A stretch of 64,000 bases of DNA from Octopus vulgaris (Eukaryota): positions 18,476,001 through 18,540,000 of the forward strand of contig OX597826.1 of NCBI GenBank assembly GCA_951406725.2. The letters run 5' to 3'. Shown here piece by piece: positions 48,301 through 63,007 of the stretch. The translations under genes were made by a program, and so were the position numbers. Position 1 is the stretch's first letter. Every line of letters begins with the position of its first letter. A model generated the notes under the pieces. The model ran no database searches. It saw only the letters and a list, made by a program, of their open reading frames with translations, and was not told where the DNA came from.

Positions 48301-50332
48301 CTCCTGAACTGAAGCTGTGAATCTATAGACATCTGTTGAATAAAAGGGAAAATTTAGTAAGGATATTTAGTTGGCAATTTGGCAGCGATAGATGGGAGGT
48401 GAAGTGTTTTGTGGAGTGTAACAGAGGAAGAGACAGTGTAACAACAAACACCTTCCAACTGTTACTTCTATTATATTAGTCATAGCAACATAATCAGCTT
48501 GAAATAATCAGGATCAATATCCAATAGAATCCATAAAACTGACACAATTATTTCATTTATTCATTTACATATTTACTCTTTTTAAATGAATGATCTGTTT
48601 CTGCATGTGTGTGTGTGTGTGTGTGTGTTTACACAGATACACACACACACATCCCAGGTTAGATTTTGTACATAATGTCAGTCAACACATATCAGAAATA
48701 CATGTGCATACAAGGACACACACACGCACACACACACACACCAATGCACACAGAATTCAGATCCTTTGTTCATATTTTCTCATATTTATGAAGTGGCTTC
48801 CACTAAATTATGTTTTATGGTTTTATTGAAAGACAGGAGTGCAGATACAGTTGAAGTCAGTCAGTTTTAGACAGAGTAAATAGCCAGAACAACATTTGTA
48901 ATTATTCTTCATACATCCCAGTATACAAGTAGATGTGGACATCATCATAAATAATAATAATGATAATAAAAAAAAGCATGGGGAAAAAAGAAGACACGGG
49001 CATGACTGTTCTTCAAAGTTCACTTTGCAAATCAGCGGGTTCCGCATTTAATTCAAGTACATGACACTTGGGCAAGCCATGAGTCAAATGAAACCCTGTG
49101 CATGCAAATGGGTAGATCACAGTTTTTGGGTGGTGGTAGACTTATGAACACCACTAAGTAGTTTGACCAGGCTTCAAGTGTGAGGACAATCTATGAGTCT
49201 TCTTTTACCTCTATCAGTCTTAGAAGTAATGCAAATAAAAAGAAAAAAAATAGGATGTCATCAGAGATTCCCTTCTTCTCTTGACTAAACTATGAAAAAA
49301 GGAAACTTAATTCAGTGAAAAATTGCTTTAGTGCAAAAGTTCCAGTGCAAATACCCCAGAGCTGAGGGTTTACATTTGCCACAAGTATTTTATCACACTT
49401 TGGGGGATTTAAAGAAGTTGAGAATTAACACTATTGTTTTACCTGAGTCAGTTTACCCAAATGCAAGAGAACATATAATATACTGATGCCCCACCAAGAC
49501 AAAAGATACAAATTTTATCCCTACAGCAACCACAATATCTGGAATTAAAGTACTGGATTGAAGGGCACAAATATCCAGTTGCGATATTTGTTATTTATTC
49601 ACAAATACTGAAACGTCATATTTAGTGCATTAACAGTGATTGAGAGCTCATGGCTATAAAGTCTCCCTTCTTTACCAAATTAAGGGGAAACAACACTTAT
49701 TCTATAACTGTAGTTAAATGAAGGAAGAGTGTGTTGGGAATAGTAGAACAGTTCACTACAAATATGTAATAAGCAAATCCAGTGTTCCAATTTTCACTGA
49801 TATGAGGATAACTAATTATTATATCATCAGAAGTGCATATTAAGAATCAACATCACATGGAAACACTTAACATCCCATCGGAAAGTTACTAGGAATTTCT
49901 ATGTAATATCTTCATTTTATTGTTTACAATAAATTTCATCTGCCTTTGGATCAATAGTAATGAACATATAATGAAACATCAATAGGTGTTGATTGACAGA
50001 ATTTTTTTTTTGTAAGTCAAACAAAACAGCAGTGGGGTGGGTCTATGTGTCATTAGCTTAATATGTAATAGATTGTGGTATACCAGCCATAAAAGGCAAG
50101 GTGTATCCCTGATGAAAAGGAGGGTTGAACTAAAGGTTGTTAGCTAACAAAATATTAAATATACAATGATACCATAGGTTATGATTATGGGCTAAAAACA
50201 CCCCTAAGCAGTAAACAGAATCAAATTAAGTTAAGAAAGTCTTTGACCATAGACACTGGCTAGACATCAATGACAGGATATAAAATATGAACTCTTCATT
50301 CAGCAATCATCTGTGATACAATAAATGTCACC

Positions 50333-50560
50333 AAGGCAGCGAGCTGGCAGAAATGTTAGCACGCTGGGCGAAATGCTTATTGGTATTTCGTCTGTCTCTA
50401 CGTTCTGAGTTCAAATTCCGCCGAGGTCGACTTTGCCTTTCATCCTTTCAGGGTCGATAAATTAAGTACCAGATATGCACTGGGGTTGATGTAATTGACT
50501 TAATCCCTTTGTCTGTCCTTGTTTGTCCCCTCTATGTTTAGCTCCTTGTGGGCAATAAAA
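50333..50560 (+). mobile_element. SINE family B, best-preserved copy (MetaSINE-like core)
   Basis: AAGGCAGCGAGCTGGCAGAAATGTTAGC head, B-box GAGTTCAAATTC, core GCCTTTCATCCTTTCAGGGTCGATAAATTAAGTACCAG. Confidence 0.9.
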
Positions 50561-53166
50561 AAAATAATAACTGTCACCATGTTAGGAACAAGAAATTTAG
50601 ACAGAGGTTAAGTCCAAATTCAAGGGACGACCCTTATAATATGCATCCTATACTAAAGCAATGGCATTATGCTTAAGATCACTCATTGCTGGGTACCAAC
50701 CTCAAAAAATGCAACAAAGAAAATATATTCTTAGCCAACCCCAAAAGACTGGTAAGAAAGACAAGAATACATTTGAACAAGATAGAGTTCATGGGTTGTG
50801 CAAAGGAGGAAGAGAGTGAGAGAAGAGTGATAAATACTAAAAGGGTTGATTCTTAATCATACACATTTACTAGGAAAGGTGTATCGTTATTATAAATTTT
50901 TTTTTTTTGAGGAAGTTTGTAAATTAATTTTTTAAAAATCCAATTAAAAATCCATGGTGTCATAAATCCACTGACACTTGTGTAGCTAGTTTGATTTGGG
51001 GATATATTTCAGTCAGTTTGAACGAACTTGGAATTATTCAGAGGTCGTATATTATATGAGATGAATGTGTAAGTTTGTGGGAGAATGTGTTGTTAAGCAT
51101 GTGTGGCTGTTTATACTTCTATGTGCTTATATGCATTATTATGTACACATGTTTGTTAAAACTGTGTGAATTTCAGTGTGTTTGTGTGCACACGCATGTG
51201 CATGTGTGTGTGTGCATGTACATGTGTGACTCTCAACATGAAAAGTGTAAAACTGAACCATTACCACCACCAGCCCCCGACTACCACCACTACCATTCAA
51301 ACATGTTGCTGAAATAAAACAACAACAACAACAACAAAAAATAACAAAGCTACCATATTGCAAGACATCACACCAGTTGCATGATAGTGCAATAGTTGGA
51401 AGTCTAGTCACTAATGGAATGTATGCAGAAGGGAAAGAGAGTTGATTGAAATGGTATGTTGATGCACTGGGTATCACAACGGTAGATTCTAACTACAACA
51501 ACAAATTCTGTAACAATAAAAAGCCTTTCATGATGAATTGAAAACATGTTTTCCTTTCATGTTAGTAAGATAGCTCTTTCTCTCTATCTCACTCTCTTTC
51601 TCCCTCTCCCTCAGAAAAGGCCCTCACCCAAACACTTACTCTCTGTAATGTGGCAATCAGGTCTCCAGAGACTGTCTACCCTATCTAATACAGAATCACA
51701 CACGACATACAGATCAAGTCTAGCCTTACAGACACACATACATGCACGCACATTCGCACACACACAGAGCATACGTGAAACCAAAATATATACAAATCAA
51801 TTCTATATATATATATATACATACATACATACACTCCCTCAAATCAATTCTTCCCCCACATACACATACCTACACATAAATCAATCCCCAGCTCCACATA
51901 ATTACAGTTTTTATCAGGTTTAGTTCTCCATATTCTTCCCCTGTTCCACATTGCTACTTGTTGGCTGACAACACACACACACATATGCAGACACACGCAC
52001 ACACAGCTGCACATGTGCAGGCCACATGCAAAAGTTGGCTGACAGACATAAACCCCATGTGCATAGACACACCTACACAGAAATAAATAAGCATACACTA
52101 ACAACAAAGTTAAAACACAAAGGGAACACATACATATATAGACACATACGCAAATAGGAGAAACATAAACACAACCACATGCACACAGATACATTCAAAT
52201 TCCATATACACACTACAGACATGCATAGATATACATATAAATTCAACAACTACCACAGAAACAGAAAGAGAGAGAGAGAGAGGGGCGGGAGGAAGATTTC
52301 TACAGAATACATGAAAAGCCATTAGGCTTCCCAGTTTAACCTAGCACTCTTCCCAGAGGGAGCCAGCAGAACACATAGCAAGTCATGACAATACAACACA
52401 CAACAGCACCTTTGAAACTGTGGTTAGGGTTCAGCATCATATCAAAACTGGTTGGGTCAGCAGTAAAGGGAAAGAGGTTTCGGTAAATTACACAAAATTG
52501 GTGATACAAAGTAGACAGGGGAATAGAAGAGAGTGGACATAAATTAGAATAGCAGCCAACAAAGGTTAAACAGACACATCTGTGAAGAATTAGCAGAGAA
52601 ATGAGATGTAAAACAATGTTAGCCTTTCCATGGGACAGTAAGTATTTGTAGATTGAGGTGTTATCTCATGTTTAACACTCAATGTTGCATTACATGGCTG
52701 CAAAACTAGTAGCCACTGTTTAATTTTTAACACTCCATTGTGCAAGACCCATCTGTAGAGCTGAGATGCCTCAAATACTTGTGCACTGCATGTTTATATA
52801 GTCTGATGTTATGCTTTATCTAAAATTGTAAGAAAATTAATCTAGTTTTAATAAAGCAGTAGAATCTGAGGAAATTATGGTCTGTAGTGATAGTCAACAA
52901 ACAATGAAATAAACTTTATTTCATTTACAGTCGAGTCTCAAGTTTTAGTTGACTCATTCAAACAGTAATTCAAATGGAGATTCAAATTTACATATTTACA
53001 CAGTACACTGGATTTGATGTTCGTCTCAGAGTTGGATATTGCAATTGACTACTTATTGTTAAGGTTCTATAACTGTGATTTCTTATGAGTATCACCGTAA
53101 AGTTTTCACTGACCATCATCTGCTGCTGTTGGTGTGAGTGTGTGTGTGTGTAAGTGTGTGTGTCTA

Positions 53167-54412
53167 TTGGGTCATCCCATAAATAATGCAGTTTTTCCAA
53201 CTGCATGAACTAAAAGTCGGAGGGGGACAGGATAAGCTGGCTGCATCAACTTGCTATAAAAGCAGGTCATAATTTTACCTTGCCCTTATTCTTAGTGTAA
53301 GTTTTAAAGAGTGCAGTTCGATTTTAACAGTTATTTTTTCAAAGCTATAATGGAAGTGACAAAGGAGCATATTTTGCTTTATGAGTTCAACAAAGACAAC
53401 AACGCAATGGAAAGTGTGAGGAATATCAATCCAGCATATGGGGATCGGACAATAAGCCTAAGCTAGTGTCAACGGTGGTTCCAGAAATTCCGAGCCAGAA
53501 ACTACAGCCTAGAAGACAAGCCTTGTCCTGGAAGATCTGTACAGCTCGATGAGGATGTCCTGCAAACCCTGGTGGAACAAAATCCCATCATAACTGTTGA
53601 GGAACTAGCAGAGAAGCTTGGATTTGGTCATTCAACCATTCATCGACACCTGCATGCCATTGGAAAAGTCAGAAAATTGGGTCAATCGGTTCCTCACAAA
53701 CTTTCCAAGTATAATCGTGTGCAGAGAGTTAATGTGTGCTCTTCCTTGCTGTCACATGTCATGAATGAAATTTTTTTGGACTGAATAGTGACTGATAACA
53801 AGAAATAGAGTGTCTATAGAAAAAGGAGAAACACTGGCACCCCAGGATAATGAAGGTCTTCACCCACATAAGTTGTTATCTGTTTGGTGGGATATGAAAG
53901 GTTTAGTCCACTTTGAACTTTTAAATCCAAACCAAACGATAACAAAGGAGATCTGCTGCGTGCAGTTTGAGCAGCTTATGTCAGCGCTAGAAGAAAAAAC
54001 AACCATCATTGGTTTCAAGACAAAAGGTGTTCTTCCATCAGGATAATGCTGGACCACATACAATGAGGATGACATTCCAAAGGCTGGAGCAGTTTGAATG
54101 GGAAACGATGCCCCACCCACCATATTCACCACACATTACCCCATCTGATTATGATTTATTCCACAGTCTTCAAAATTATTTCAATGGAAAAATTATGAAT
54201 TCTGTTGACAAGGTCAGAACAGTACTGGAGGAGTATTTTTCATTGTGGACAAGTGAAATTTGGAAGAGGGGCCTTGCAAGTCTGCCACATAGATGGAAGA
54301 GAATTGTACAAAATGAAGGAGAATATATTTTAGATTAAAAAAGAATTTTGTTTATCTTAATTTTGAAAAATAAAAGAAGTATAAAAAAAGCATTATTTAT
54401 AGGATGACCCTA
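53167..54412 (+). mobile_element. Full-length mariner transposon with disrupted transposase
   Basis: TIRs TTGGGTCATCCCATAAATAATGC / GCATTATTTATAGGATGACCCTA (2 mismatches). Motifs GQSVPHKL, LLSVWWD, FHQDNAGPH and PPYSPHITPSDYDLF, with stops and frameshifts. Confidence 0.95.
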
Positions 54413-56220
54413 TTGCTCCCAAACTAATAATACTAAAACAGGCACTGAAAAACTCATGTAACTCTCATCAGTTTTACAGTGCTGTCACTGCTTACTTATA
54501 GCCCGACTACTCTTCTGTTAAATCAACTGCTGCAGTTATTAATTACAAAGAGTGGAAGAATCTATTATCGGTAATAACCACAGGGCATAGAGTATAGTTT
54601 CAGGCTGAAGGCTGCCATGCTTCTCTTTAGAAGTGCTAAATTTTCATGTTTACAACCATTTTATACTGGAAACATTGGTTCTCATCTGTCAAGTTGCTGA
54701 AGATAAAATCTGAGACTAATTAGAAATTCGTAGCATCACCACTTTTGAAACCTAAGTGCCGTAAGCATCATTCAGTTGATAATAGTGCTCAAGCATGGCC
54801 ACAGACCGCTTAACTAAAACTGGTAAAACAGTACACACATTCCATTATATATGCTTATTTACACACACACACACACACAATTACATAGATAGGCATTTAT
54901 AATAAATATGATTATAAGTGCAACACTTGCTGTATTTCATCCTGGGCCAATTGAATAAGTACCAGTAGTATACTGGAGTTGGTTCAATTGAGTAAACACA
55001 AAAAAATTGGCCATGTGCCTAGACAAAAAGCCAGCTATCATTATCATAATAATCATCAAGCAAGCCACATGACTCAACAAGCTCGGTCCATATTAATATC
55101 TTGTGAACACGAGGTTTTTATGTGTGAACTTGTAACTTTACAATATTTTCATACATTAACTCTACTCTTTTGATATTTCTATCTATTCATGTTTACTTTT
55201 AAGCTTCTTCCACATTAACACGCTTACTCAACACTTTCTATTTTCCTGTGAAGTTACTGCATCTACACATACATATGTACGTGTGCGCGCATGTGTGTGT
55301 GTGTACGCGTGTGCGCGCGCGCGTGTCTATGTTTGCTATTATTTTTTTTCTTTTAATATCGGAAAAAAGGAAAAATATGACATTAAGTATCATAGAATAT
55401 ACTTTTCAATAATTGCTTCCAAATTTTAATCATTGTACTAGACATACTTTTGTGTATTAAATAAAGATTTGGCGTACATGCGTGTATATCTAGCTACCAT
55501 ATATACACATATATACACACACACACACACACAAAAACACACATATCTGTTGGTCTATATATCATATTTATAGACACACACACACATACACCTCTTGCTA
55601 TCTTTATATCATATCTGTATCTACACACACACACACATGTATATACTGGCTACTGCTTACACCCATATATACATGTCATGTATTGATGTATGAGACTGTG
55701 TATAACAACTATTATAGAAATACATACACATCAGTGCACACACACACAAGCATACTTACAGAAATACTCTTAAGGTAATAATAATAAAAAAAAAGTATTC
55801 ATTCAAATTCATCAGTTTTTTTTTTCTTTCTTTCTTTCTTTCTTTTTTTTCCTTGATAAAATATCTATCATGAAATAAACCAAGTGAATTAAAAAATCAA
55901 CATAATAATCTCAATAATAATAAACACGATGATGCTGCTGCTGATGATGATGACGATGATGATAATGGTGATGAAATTGTTTCGAATGAATTATTGGATT
56001 GAAAAGCAAAGAGTCATTAAAGCTCGTTATATATGATTTCAATTTGAATTATATTGCACTTCTAATCTCACTCACTTTGATTACAACTTGCTATTTTCTT
56101 TACTTTGCATTACCACCATTTCTTTTTTTCTTTTGTAAATAACGAACTGTGCAGTTATTAGTAGCTCTTTTATTATTTTGCTTATAATAAACAGTCAATA
56201 TCTTATTCCCATTATTATTA

Positions 56221-56261
<41 letters not shown>

Positions 56262-56583
56262 TCAGTTGTTGTTATGTATTCAAGAAGCCCCCCACCACCC
56301 AAAAAAACCCCAAATTGGCCAAAAAAAAACCCAAAAAACAAAGCAAACAATACAAAATAAAAAGCAAAAAACACTGGTATCAGAGTACTGTCTATTATAG
56401 TAAGATTCTAAAAGGGTTCACTAGCCGTTGTTATTGTTATTCTTCCCAAATATTTTCTTTCAACATTTTCTATAAAGTTTTCAAAGTTAAAACTGCACAG
56501 AAACATTTTAAGAAACAACAACAATTCCAAACAACAATAAATACAATGAATATAAAAACATTAGGAAATAGAAGAGATAGTCT

Positions 56584-56609
<26 letters not shown>

Positions 56610-56620
<11 letters not shown>

Positions 56621-56692
56621 GCATATACATACATAAATAAATACACACACACACATTCTTAAACATCATGAGTGTGATCAGGTACCTTGTAC

Positions 56693-56736
<44 letters not shown>

Positions 56737-56806
56737 TATACATACATAAATAAATACACACACACATTCTTAAACATCATGAGTGTGATCAGGTACCTTG
56801 TACCAC
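56610..56806. repeat. Local tandem duplication of about 85 bp separated by (TA)n
   Basis: gcatatacatacataaataaatacacac..attcttaaacatcatgagtgtgatcaggtaccttgtaccaca occurs twice. Confidence 0.9.
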
Positions 56807-57153
56807 ATCAGCACATCAAGAGACATGTACTGATTTAGAGCTGATAAGACAGAGGTAAACTAGAAATGAAATAGCTTGCTAAAGGACACACCTCCAGGTG
56901 CGATCTGGGGTACACAGCAACCGAACCAACACACAAGGCATGGGCCACAATCCTACATAAAGACAGGTGGCCTCTCACTTTCTCCTCCTTTCCAAATGTC
57001 ATGTTCTTGATGTACTACTAGGTCAAAGCTGGGAGGGTCAAGGGGCCTGCCTGTACCCATGACTACACAGGTAGCTAAAATAACTAACGAAAGTGTGGTA
57101 CAAGCCACAAGTTCGTGCACATAATGAGAGTGATGGCTATACCTTCACACACA

Positions 57154-57208
<55 letters not shown>

Positions 57209-57378
57209 ATATATATATATATAGTGATAAATAGAAAAGTGCACGCAAACATTAATATATGCATGAGTCTCCATATAAACTATTGAGACACAGATATGCC
57301 ATTCTCGACCCAAACTAGGTCTCCTTACTGTTCAAAAACCTCGATTCAAATGGATCCTGCAGTATAAATTTATGTATG

Positions 57379-57439
<61 letters not shown>

Positions 57440-57448
57440 ATATATATA

Positions 57449-57699
57449 CAGTGGGGTGCAAAAATGGGTATGGAAAAAGTACAACATCAGTGTTTTAATA
57501 CCTAATACATTCTAATTTTTAGTACGTTCAATTACTTGGCCACATTTTTGAACATCTTAGTGTCATTAATCATACCAACACGTTTATCATAAATATAATA
57601 ATACTTTTATCATAACTTTTAATTTTTTGGATGACAATAAATAAGCATTGTATGTGTTTTCTTTTTTCATAACTGTGTGCGTACTTTTGCACTACGCTG
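57449..57699. mobile_element. Tc1-type MITE in (TA)n
   Basis: Imperfect TIRs CAGTGGGGTGCAAAAAT / ACTTTTGCACTACGCTG, preceded by TA. Confidence 0.6.
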
Positions 57700-57765
57700 T
57701 GTGTATACACACACATATATATACATATACACATACATACATATACACATATATATATATATACA

Positions 57766-57811
<46 letters not shown>

Positions 57812-57885
57812 TACACATATATATACATATGATACATATAATTACATACATATACACACATATATACATATAATTACACACACAC

Positions 57886-57920
<35 letters not shown>

Positions 57921-57954
57921 TACATATATATATACACATACATATATATATAGG

Positions 57955-58349
57955 TCTCTTTTACTTGTTCAATCATATTATTGCGGCCATGCTGGAGCAC
58001 CACCTTTAATCGAGCAACTTGACCCTAGGACTTATTCTTTTGTAAGCCCAGTACTTATTCTATCGGTCTCTTTTGCCGAACCGCTAAGTGACGGGGACAT
58101 AAACACACCAGCATCGGTTGTCAAGCAATGATAGGGGGACAAACACAGACACACAAATGCATATATATATATATATATAAATATACAACGTGCTTCTTTC
58201 AGTTTCCATCTACCAAATCCACTCATAAGGCTTTGGTTGGCCCGAGGTTATAGTAGAAGACACTTGCCCAAGGTGCCACGCAGTGGGACTGAACCTGGAA
58301 CCATGTGGTTGGTAAACAAGCTACTTACCACACAGCCACTCCTGCGCCT
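57955..58349 (-). mobile_element. SINE family A, well-preserved full-length copy
   Basis: Reverse complement of the family A sequence from GGCGCAGGAGTGGCTGTGTGG to the tail. Confidence 0.93.
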
Positions 58350-58475
58350 AGGACCTGCAACATCTGATGGAGTCACAGTGGTATCATTATCAGGACACAC
58401 AGTATGTTTCAGGTATTTTTAACCTTTTAGCTATATATGTATATATACATACATATATACACACACACACACATA

Positions 58476-58508
<33 letters not shown>

Positions 58509-59547
58509 TATATATTTATGTTTAGCATTTACTAGATATTTAGGTATTGTACTTTTAAGTGCTTAATTATATTAATCGTTATTAATTTGTTCATTTTTTA
58601 ATTCATTTTAATATTTTAATTTTATAATTTTTAAAAATATATTTCTAAGTTATATATTTTTATTATATTTTTATTTATATTCTTATTTTTCTGCTTAATA
58701 TGTATTAGAATATGCAGTTTTAACTTTGATCCGTTAATAATAATAACAACAATAAGATAAATAGAGTGAGGATACACTGGTGGATTTATGTAAATAAAAG
58801 GTAGAGCCTGGAAAACACACCACCAGCGCAGAAACACGTGTAGTGTTGATAAAAGATATCTTCTCTCCCCACAGACTAATAACAGGTAAGACAAATATAC
58901 TTTATCAAATATCTTTTAAATAAACTTTTTTAAATAATTTTATTGTACTTTATAGTAGGTTTTAAAATGCTTATATTATTTTATTATTATATTGGATATA
59001 ACTTTCTATGTGTATTCCAGACAATGAGGTTGCCCTGAAATAGGAGTTGCGGTTCTATTGGTAAAATATATATATATATATGGACAGGCTAGTTCGACAC
59101 TCCCATGTATGCTCACCATGCATTTGTAACATGCACCTGTTGCACAACATTACATGCATACCATCTTGTTTTGTTTTCCTATTTTATAGCCGTCTATGCA
59201 CTTCATACTACTAAATTATTTCTCCTCCTTTACTAATGCAACCATTATTATTATTTTCTTTCATGGTTTGGCTCAATTAATTCCAGTGACCTACTTTTTG
59301 CACATGTCACCTAAACACCATAACTCCATAACCTAAATGGCAATACATTCTTTCGGACAATTGTTTATAACTTTAACTGGTCATGTCGCAGTTATCTCTT
59401 TCCGTCATCTTTCTTCCTTCCCTGGCTGATGCATGGTTCGTGTTTATATAACAGTTGTACTGATTTGATAAACTGTATTTTAAATTTCAACATGACCACT
59501 GCAGAGAGGTAATCAAAAGTAGAAAATAACATTTTCTCAAAAATTAA

Positions 59548-59767
59548 CCCTTTAGCATTTTAAATCAGTCATATCTGGCCCAAATATTTTACCTGCTTTA
59601 TGTTCACACTGGATGGATCCAGTGTCTGGCACCTAACCTACAATGTTATTCTATAAATAAACAATCACTGCACTGAAATGTTGTAGTTACAAAATAATCC
59701 ATGATTAATTCAAAACAATGTGAATAATAAGCATTGCATCTAACAGAATAATCTGAATTCTAAAGGG
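59548..59767. mobile_element. piggyBac-like MITE
   Basis: TTAA on both sides (59544-47, 59768-71). TIRs CCCTTTAGCATT / AATTCTAAAGGG. Confidence 0.85.
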
Positions 59768-59959
59768 TTAAGTACTTTGATTTTGGACTGTATTTTACAC
59801 ATGCCTTATTAGTCTGTCTCATAGGCTTATGTTTTATCTGGGATTTTATGGTCATACCTATGTCCAGTTAACTAATTCACATATTTTTGTATTTTGCTTT
59901 ATCAGGTAAAAATTTGAATGGGAAATTAATGATGGCCAGCAGATTTTTACAAGGAGAAA

Positions 59960-60430
59960 GACAATCCTGGCCACCCTATTATCTTGGCCTATAACTGCTC
60001 CACAAAATTTCTGTCATGTTACCAAGACAAGCTCTTATCACCTCTCGTCACTGCCTTCCTCTCACACATTAAAGACACCAACTGTGCCTTAAACCTCTTC
60101 ATCTCGTTCTCTTTTCCACCTGGAGAGCTCAAATTCCTTTCCACCATGGATTTAAAATCACTTCACACCATGACAAGGCTCTACTGACTACCTGAACCCA
60201 GCACCACTATACTCCTCTACCAAACCGAGCTTGTCTTAACCCCTAACTGCCTTTATTTCTCTGAGGACTTTTACAAACAAGTCAGCAGTTTTGCTATGGG
60301 GACTAGGATGGGACCCAATTCTGCCAACCTCTTCATAGCCTACAAGAAGACAAATCTTCACTCAATTCACCATCCTAGAGCTGTATGATCATAACAGAGA
60401 TGACTGTGTCACTGCTGCCACCCTTACCAG
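59960..60430 (+). mobile_element. Penelope-like RT fragment (decayed)
   Basis: PGHPII, SHIKDT, TMDLKSLHT, ELVLTPNC and FYKQVSSFAMGTRMGPNSANLFI. Confidence 0.88.
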
Positions 60431-60579
60431 TTAAAAAGAATGGGAGGAGCCTTTTTGGTAAAAGAACAAAAAATTTCTGAAAATATTTTCAGACACAAAG
60501 GTGTGTGATTTAAAGGAGATTTAGCTGCTGTTTCTAGCTAATTCCTTGACCACCTGATACCTTCTTCATTCTTTGCCAT

Positions 60580-60741
60580 TCAGACATGATTTGATGTTTT
60601 TCAACATTTTTCTCCCCATAAACACAATTTATGGATTGATAGTGAGGAAGTAGCACAGATATTATTTAGCTCAAAGGGGTCAAATGCTGGCAAAAAGAAA
60701 AATATTTTCTAATTTAAATTCTTAACCTCCACCCCACGAGC

Positions 60742-60790
<49 letters not shown>

Positions 60791-60879
60791 CGCACGTGTG
60801 TGTGTGTGTGCAAGTATAAGCATATTTACTTACAAGAAAGTATACTATTAAATTATCTTTTATATAACTTTTTAAAATC
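60580..60879. repeat. Segment of about 300 bp directly duplicated at about 62008-62298
   Basis: Near-identical unique sequence on both sides of a (GT)n tract. Confidence 0.92.
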
Positions 60880-61886
60880 ACTGGATAAATCCTAGTAATG
60901 ACCTTTTTAGCCTTTCCGATATTTTGAAATTATAAAAAGAAAGAAGGGAGAGGCTATTTAAAAAAAAAATTTTCAAATTTTCTTAAAAATATAATAGCAT
61001 ACTTTTCTGTTAGGAAATATGTTCTTTCTTAGACACACAGACTTACTTGGTGCCAGTGTGGAAGGAAGACATGTGGAAGGTATCATGTGGTCATGGGATG
61101 TGCTAGAAACAATAGCTAAATCTCCCTAAAATCACACACTTTTTCATTTAGCATACTTTTCTGTTAGGGCATTTAATTTAGCTATTTAAATAAAAGGTTT
61201 ATAATACAGCTAAATTAAATGTCCTTGTCAAATCTTGCCAAACTGTTTGCTTTTTCTTTTCTGCTTTGATCTAAATATATAGATTAAAGAAGCCTAAAGG
61301 AGTCAGGCTCTCATCAGGGGCCCGGGAAACTTGAAGTAGCACAGAACCAAATCAAACTGCTTTAAATAATATATTTAATTGTATATTCACAAAATGCAAA
61401 TAAAGGAAACTAGCTCATCCTATGGATGTCAAGTGGTTAAATAAATATGTTCACCTCTCATACCTCTAAACTTTTTTACGGTTTGCATACTACACATGAA
61501 ATAATTTCATCAATTGGATCTTCTGGAATTCACCTGCACAGACGCTCTACACTATGCTACTTTGTATTAGATTACTATACAGACTATTTACCAAGTCCAT
61601 AAGAGGAGCTTTCTGTGATAGCCACACAATTCTCTGAATCCATATCTTATAGTACAAATTTATACACATACAGTATGCATGTATGTATGTATGTATGTAT
61701 GCATCCATGCACCAAGGGTATTGTTTATCCATATTCATGGACAATCAAATGGTTGGAATATTGGTGCAAAAATATACCAACTCCTGGTAAACAACTCTAC
61801 CTTACACAGAACTAATGACTGTATAAAGAGGATAAGTTGGCAAGAAGGACAACTGGATTGTGGACTAGCAAAAGGAAAACTAGTTC

Positions 61887-62179
61887 GGATTTAAATTGTA
61901 CAAAAATGAACTGCATAATTCACATCTAGATACATTCAAAATAAAAATACTACTAATGATCAAAATCATCAAATGCAAGAAGATACCCAAACACATTTCT
62001 TTGTCAGTCAGACATGATTTGATGTTTTTCAACATTTTTCTCTCCATAAACACATTTTATGGATTGATAGTGAGGAAGTAGCACACATATTATTTAGCTC
62101 AAAGGGGTCAAATGCTGGCAAAAAGAAAAATATTTTCTAATTTAAATTCTTAACCTCCACCCCACAAGCCTGTATGTGT

Positions 62180-62235
<56 letters not shown>

Positions 62236-62408
62236 GTAAAAGCATATTTACTTACAAAAAAGTATACTATTAAATTATCTTTAATATAACTTTTAAAAAT
62301 GTGTTTGGGTATCTTCTTGCATTTGATGATTTTGATCATTAGTAGTATTTTTATTTTGAATGTATCTAGATGTGAATTATGTAGTTCATTTTTGTACAAT
62401 TTAAATCC
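61887..62408. repeat. Near-perfect inverted repeats of about 112 bp enclosing the duplicated 300-bp segment
   Basis: 61887-61998 vs 62297-62408. The ORF track shows the same peptide (MYKNELHNSHLDTFK...) on both strands. Confidence 0.92.
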
Positions 62409-62609
62409 AACAACTAAAATTTAAAGTCGCAGATATGAGAAATTCTACATACATGTTCAAACTGACAGAACAGGAAATTTGTATAGTATGCATATAATAA
62501 TTTTATTTTCATTTGACTAAAAAAAAATTCTTTTATGCAGTGCACTAACATGGCCACAGACTAATGACTGAAACAGGTAAAAGAGTAAAAGATAAAAAGA
62601 AAAGATAAA

Positions 62610-62915
62610 AGTAGTTAAGAACTATGGAAAAGCCAATGCTAATACCTTCAAAAGAATAAATGACAAGGCAAACAAATTAATTAACAAACTGGATTTAGCA
62701 GAAAAAACTGCAATATTCATACCTAAAACCCTTAAATTTAACTTAAAAGGCCACAAAGTTAACTTTAACAATAAACCATTCATCAGACTTATCAGCCCTT
62801 ACTGCATTGGAGCTTTGTAGGGTAAGCAAGGAAATTACAGACAGAATTATTCCTAACATTAAAAAACATTATTACGCTATGTGGAATAATACAAATGAAG
62901 TAATGGAATAAGTCA
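62610..62915 (+). mobile_element. Penelope-like element fragment (region N-terminal to the RT core), decayed
   Basis: [47 protein letters not shown] resembles the KDHK.NF...RLI.P segment of some Penelope-like elements. Confidence 0.6.
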
Positions 62916-62934
62916 AACATCTCCTTTCTTCAGA

Positions 62935-62959
62935 TATATATGTGTGTGTGTATGTATAA

Positions 62960-63007
<48 letters not shown>

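Noticed and set aside
48823-49100. Minus-strand ORF ending near an AATAAA, looking like a terminal exon
   Set aside because: Its 5' part (cttgcccaagtgtcatgtac...) is a decayed family A SINE fragment and the rest is low complexity.
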